Shown here piece after piece: positions 60,771 through 64,000 of a stretch of DNA of 64,000 bases. The translations under genes were made by a program, and so were the position numbers. The notes beneath the pieces were generated by a model, which saw only the letters and a list, made by a program, of their open reading frames with translations, searched no databases and was not told the DNA's origin. Within the stretch, counting starts at the first letter, position 1. Each line of letters opens with the position of its first letter. Origin of the DNA: Nostoc sp. (lineage in GTDB: Bacteria; Cyanobacteriota; Cyanobacteriia; Cyanobacteriales; Nostocaceae). The DNA lies in contig JBALDB010000018.1 of assembly GCA_036918135.1 (NCBI GenBank), forward strand, positions 1 to 64,000. The letters are read 5' to 3'.

Positions 60771-63010
60771 CCAGTGAGAAAAATATATGCACCCCAAGCT
60801 TGTGCTGCAACTGCTAAAGCAGTAGACCAAATGGGATGAGGGCTGTGAATGGTTTTACCAGTTTGAGTTTCCAGCGTTTGGATATCGATCCAAGGTGTTG
60901 CTCCTCGCCGGAACCAACCTGTGACAATAATTTGCCGACCAATCAAATCCTGGTGATTGAGTGATTGTCCCAGCCAAGAAACGTGGTGTAATTTTACTAA
61001 GCCTGCGCTTGATTGTAAGATTAAGTCTTGGGCTAAAGAGTTGCTAGTACCTTGACGACCTAATAATTTGCCTACAAGACGCACGCTGATGCTGTCGATG
61101 GGTAAGGCAGAAGGGTCAGCTAATAAGTTGGGCAGGCAATCATCAGTTTGCACAGTGGCAGATTTAATATCGGGGAAGAAAGAATTAATCCGGATCACTG
61201 TACCGATGCTAAAGCCAATCAAAAGGCAGCCTGTAATGAAAGACCAATCTTCATAGATCCACTTGAGATTTAAAAATCGAAAAGCGAACGCTAATTGCCA
61301 CGTTAGCCAAACCAAACCAGCAAACAAAAACCCTAAAGGAATTCCTAACCAGGGAGCAATTTGTAATAAGAAAGACTGACGCTTAACTTTTAATGCTTGT
61401 TGGCTAGGGAAATGTAATTCGGTATCTAGATGCCAGCGATCGCCTATTTGGCAGAGGCGTTGGATGCGATCGCCCACCAGAGGATGGCTATTATTAATCG
61501 TAAACCATCGGCGATAGGGATTAACAATATCCCATTTCAAAAAGGATTCAAAAGAGAGATTACTGGCAATAGTGCCTAAAGAAAGACTTTGTTGGTGGCT
61601 AACTGGTGCGACGATATTTAAGCTTTCCAACTGCCAACTAGTGTGTTCTTGTTTTTGGATATCAGCTGCTATTCCAATAGCAATTTTGAGTAAAGCCCGA
61701 ATTAGAGCATTGGGATTACCAGTAACCTCGGCTGCAACGCGATCGCTATAATAATGCCGCAACCGCGACAACCACAATCCAGTCCCAGTCAGCAAACACC
61801 AAACTCCATAAATCAGACTAGCTACAATTGTCACAGGAGTGCGCCAAATTTTGCCTGATATGCCATCGCCCAACTTTGATACTTGCTCGTATACCTTATA
61901 AGTTGGTAGTGTCACCAGCAACAACAAAGACATGACTATAAAATCCCAGTAAGCAATATGCCCTAGCTGGGTGGCGTAAACGATCGCAATTTCATCATCT
62001 GCTAGTTGTTCTAACAACCCTTGACTGACTACAATCCTTGCGTTACGTGGTAAACTACCATAACTAAGAATAATTGGTGCAGTCATTGGCAAAATTCGCA
62101 GTTTGGGTAACGGCCAGTGCCGTTGTTGGCAACAACGTTGTAGCACCCGAACCGCTTCTCGACTATGAGCATTCAATACATCTTTGGTAAATTCTCGTTG
62201 ACCATAGAAGTTTGCTAGTAGCAGATCTAGTAACCAAGGTGATACTCCCATCAAAATTACCAACACGATTAGCAACAATCGCGTTGGGTCATTGTATAAA
62301 AATTGTAATGGTTCTACATAGGGAAGTTTATCTAAAGCCTGGTTGATGAATCCCAATATTAACTTGAGGATTTCTCGGATCGCCCAAAACAGGGCGATGA
62401 ATGTTCCTGCTGCTAACAGCCGCAAGGGGATTAATTTTGGCTTACGTAGGGGTTGCCATGCCCTGGCGCGTTGTGCTTGTCGCCAATAAATAACGCCGAA
62501 TAGTTTGGCTTGGGTACGGGTGACAGAACCCATGAAGCCGTTGAGAGGCGGCGAAGGTGGAGGTGGTGTGACAGTAGCTTTGAGTTTAGCTAGTGGCACC
62601 ATCGTTGGGACGTTGTGGCTGTTGGTCGATGTTAGTAGTTCGTCTTTCGGTTTCTCCTCTGATGCCGGAGTATCTGGGGGTGAATTCTCAAAGGCAACAA
62701 ATCCAGTTTCGACATTTTTTGATTCTGTTTCAGGTTTTTTACGTTTTGTCAAATGTTCGAGAGCGCGTGTTGCCCACTCTTGAACTTGGGGATTGTTACT
62801 CTCGATCAAACTTTGGGAAAAAGCGATCGCTTTGGAGACTTCGCCAGTGCGGGCATAAGCCATCACTAAACCAACCCTTGCTTGTAAATTAGCAGTCGCA
62901 TTAGTTTCGCTGCTAGCAAGAGGTTCTAACTGAACGATCGCTGTTTGATAATTTCCCTGCTTGAGGGCAACTAAACCAGCCTCCAAAGACGATTTGGCAT
63001 GTGAAGGCAT
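60767..63010 (-). CDS. M48/HtpX-like membrane protein with N-terminal TPR; HExxH degenerate
   Basis: IVVSQGLL..L.DDE, ATQLGHI in place of AHELGH, SDRVAA..TGNP, SHP...RI. Confidence 0.85.
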   Translation of the reverse strand: MPSHAKSSLEAGLVALKQGNYQTAIVQLEPLASSETNATANLQARVGLVMAYARTGEVSKAIAFSQSLIESNNPQVQEWATRALEHLTKRKKPETESKNVETGFVAFENSPPDTPASEEKPKDELLTSTNSHNVPTMVPLAKLKATVTPPPPSPPLNGFMGSVTRTQAKLFGVIYWRQAQRARAWQPLRKPKLIPLRLLAAGTFIALFWAIREILKLILGFINQALDKLPYVEPLQFLYNDPTRLLLIVLVILMGVSPWLLDLLLANFYGQREFTKDVLNAHSREAVRVLQRCCQQRHWPLPKLRILPMTAPIILSYGSLPRNARIVVSQGLLEQLADDEIAIVYATQLGHIAYWDFIVMSLLLLVTLPTYKVYEQVSKLGDGISGKIWRTPVTIVASLIYGVWCLLTGTGLWLSRLRHYYSDRVAAEVTGNPNALIRALLKIAIGIAADIQKQEHTSWQLESLNIVAPVSHQQSLSLGTIASNLSFESFLKWDIVNPYRRWFTINNSHPLVGDRIQRLCQIGDRWHLDTELHFPSQQALKVKRQSFLLQIAPWLGIPLGFLFAGLVWLTWQLAFAFRFLNLKWIYEDWSFITGCLLIGFSIGTVIRINSFFPDIKSATVQTDDCLPNLLADPSALPIDSISVRLVGKLLGRQGTSNSLAQDLILQSSAGLVKLHHVSWLGQSLNHQDLIGRQIIVTGWFRRGATPWIDIQTLETQTGKTIHSPHPIWSTALAVAAQAWGAYIFLTG

Positions 63011-63367
63011 ACAGATTCTGGCACTCCAATCTCTTCTAAACGATCCACGTCTGGGCAAAAGCGCGAACTTCAGATGCCGTGGAAATCAACTGTGCCCAGC
63101 TAAGTCCAACCTGCGAATAAAGAAGTCAGAATTCAGGAGTTAGAATTCAGCAGCAAACCCCTAGACTGCCAAAGCTCTCGTCAAGAGTCAGAATTAAATT
63201 CTGTACTACTGGCGGATGCATTAAGTGAGTTAAGACCCGATCGAATTTTTAATTTGGTTCTCTTCAATCAGTTAAAGACTGGGACTTTCACTCTCTCGAA
63301 AAGTTCAGCTTGCAGCAAGCCTTGGCTGTAACTTTTAGCTGATTAATTCTGAATTCTGTATTTTTCT

Positions 63368-64000
63368 TCATTCCTCCACTGGTTGTTGACTAGAAAATAC
63401 TGGGGCGATCGCGCTTAATTTCAACTCTGCATGGTCACTCTCTAACTGTTGACAATTCCATTCATTCCGGAATAGCAACACTGGGCGTCCCATACTGTCT
63501 TTGACTGTAGTGGTATTGAATAAACGTCCCACCTGATTTAATGCTTCCCAACCACCTTCAACCCAACGGGCGACACTGTAGGGTAATAAATCTAGTATGG
63601 TTTCTACACCATACTCATTTTGTAAGCGAAACTGCACCACCTCAAATTGCAACTGACCCACCGCCGCTAAAATTGGATCGCGCTTGGCTTCATCAGTTGA
63701 ATACATAATTTGCACAGCACCTTCTTCGCGCAATTCCGCAACACCTTTTTGGAATTGCTTAAACTTCGAGGGGTTGGGGTTCCTGAGAGTTGCAAACAGT
63801 TCCGGCGAAAAATACGGAATGCCTTCATATTCCAGCTTTTGCCCCGTGTAAATTGTATCCCCGATCGCAAAAACACCGGGATTGTTCAAACCGATCACAT
63901 CGCCGGGATAAGCCTCATCAATCGATTCCCTCTCCTGAGCAAAGAGTTTTTGCGGACGGGAAAGACGGACAAATTTACCAGTGCGAGCGTGATTCACCAT
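63368..64000 (-). CDS. prfC: peptide chain release factor 3, C-terminal part
   Basis: [31 protein letters not shown]. Confidence 0.95.
   Translation of the reverse strand: MVNHARTGKFVRLSRPQKLFAQERESIDEAYPGDVIGLNNPGVFAIGDTIYTGQKLEYEGIPYFSPELFATLRNPNPSKFKQFQKGVAELREEGAVQIMYSTDEAKRDPILAAVGQLQFEVVQFRLQNEYGVETILDLLPYSVARWVEGGWEALNQVGRLFNTTTVKDSMGRPVLLFRNEWNCQQLESDHAELKLSAIAPVFSSQQPVEE

Overview
Chromosomal window from a heterocystous (Nostoc-like) cyanobacterium, judged from abundant HIP1 GCGATCGC sites, STRR heptamer repeats and gene content. 1-14.5 kb and 48-64 kb are mostly housekeeping (psbA 3' end, aroC, era, pfkA, frr, pyrH, ychF, ligA, modA, sipA, rqcH, a sucrose-phosphate synthase, an RRM protein, prfC), plus an orphan 3-repeat CRISPR array. 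15.7-36 kb holds four very large RTX-tailed phosphorus-scavenging enzymes with Pho-box-like promoters. The standout is 36.3-44.1 kb. It is an operon-like locus with an rRNA-type boxA leader and TGTAGTAT operators. It encodes a TLD-only mini-tmRNA and six small RNAs that share one conserved 'handle' but carry different mimics of the translation apparatus. The cargos are a tRNA nested inside a tRNA, a circularly permuted 23S domain IV core (H67-H71), a YrlA-like permuted tRNA, a normal-order tRNA, a lone anticodon stem-loop, and a fusion of the sarcin-ricin loop with the 23S GTPase-associated centre. These RNAs are interleaved with genes for a Ro60/TROVE-like vWA protein, an L7/L12 paralogue, a small ubiquitin-like protein, an E1/ThiF enzyme and a Cys-bearing unknown protein. 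A hicAB pair and an apparently attenuated HNH nuclease lie nearby. All rRNA/tRNA comparisons were made by eye against remembered reference sequences and need computational confirmation.
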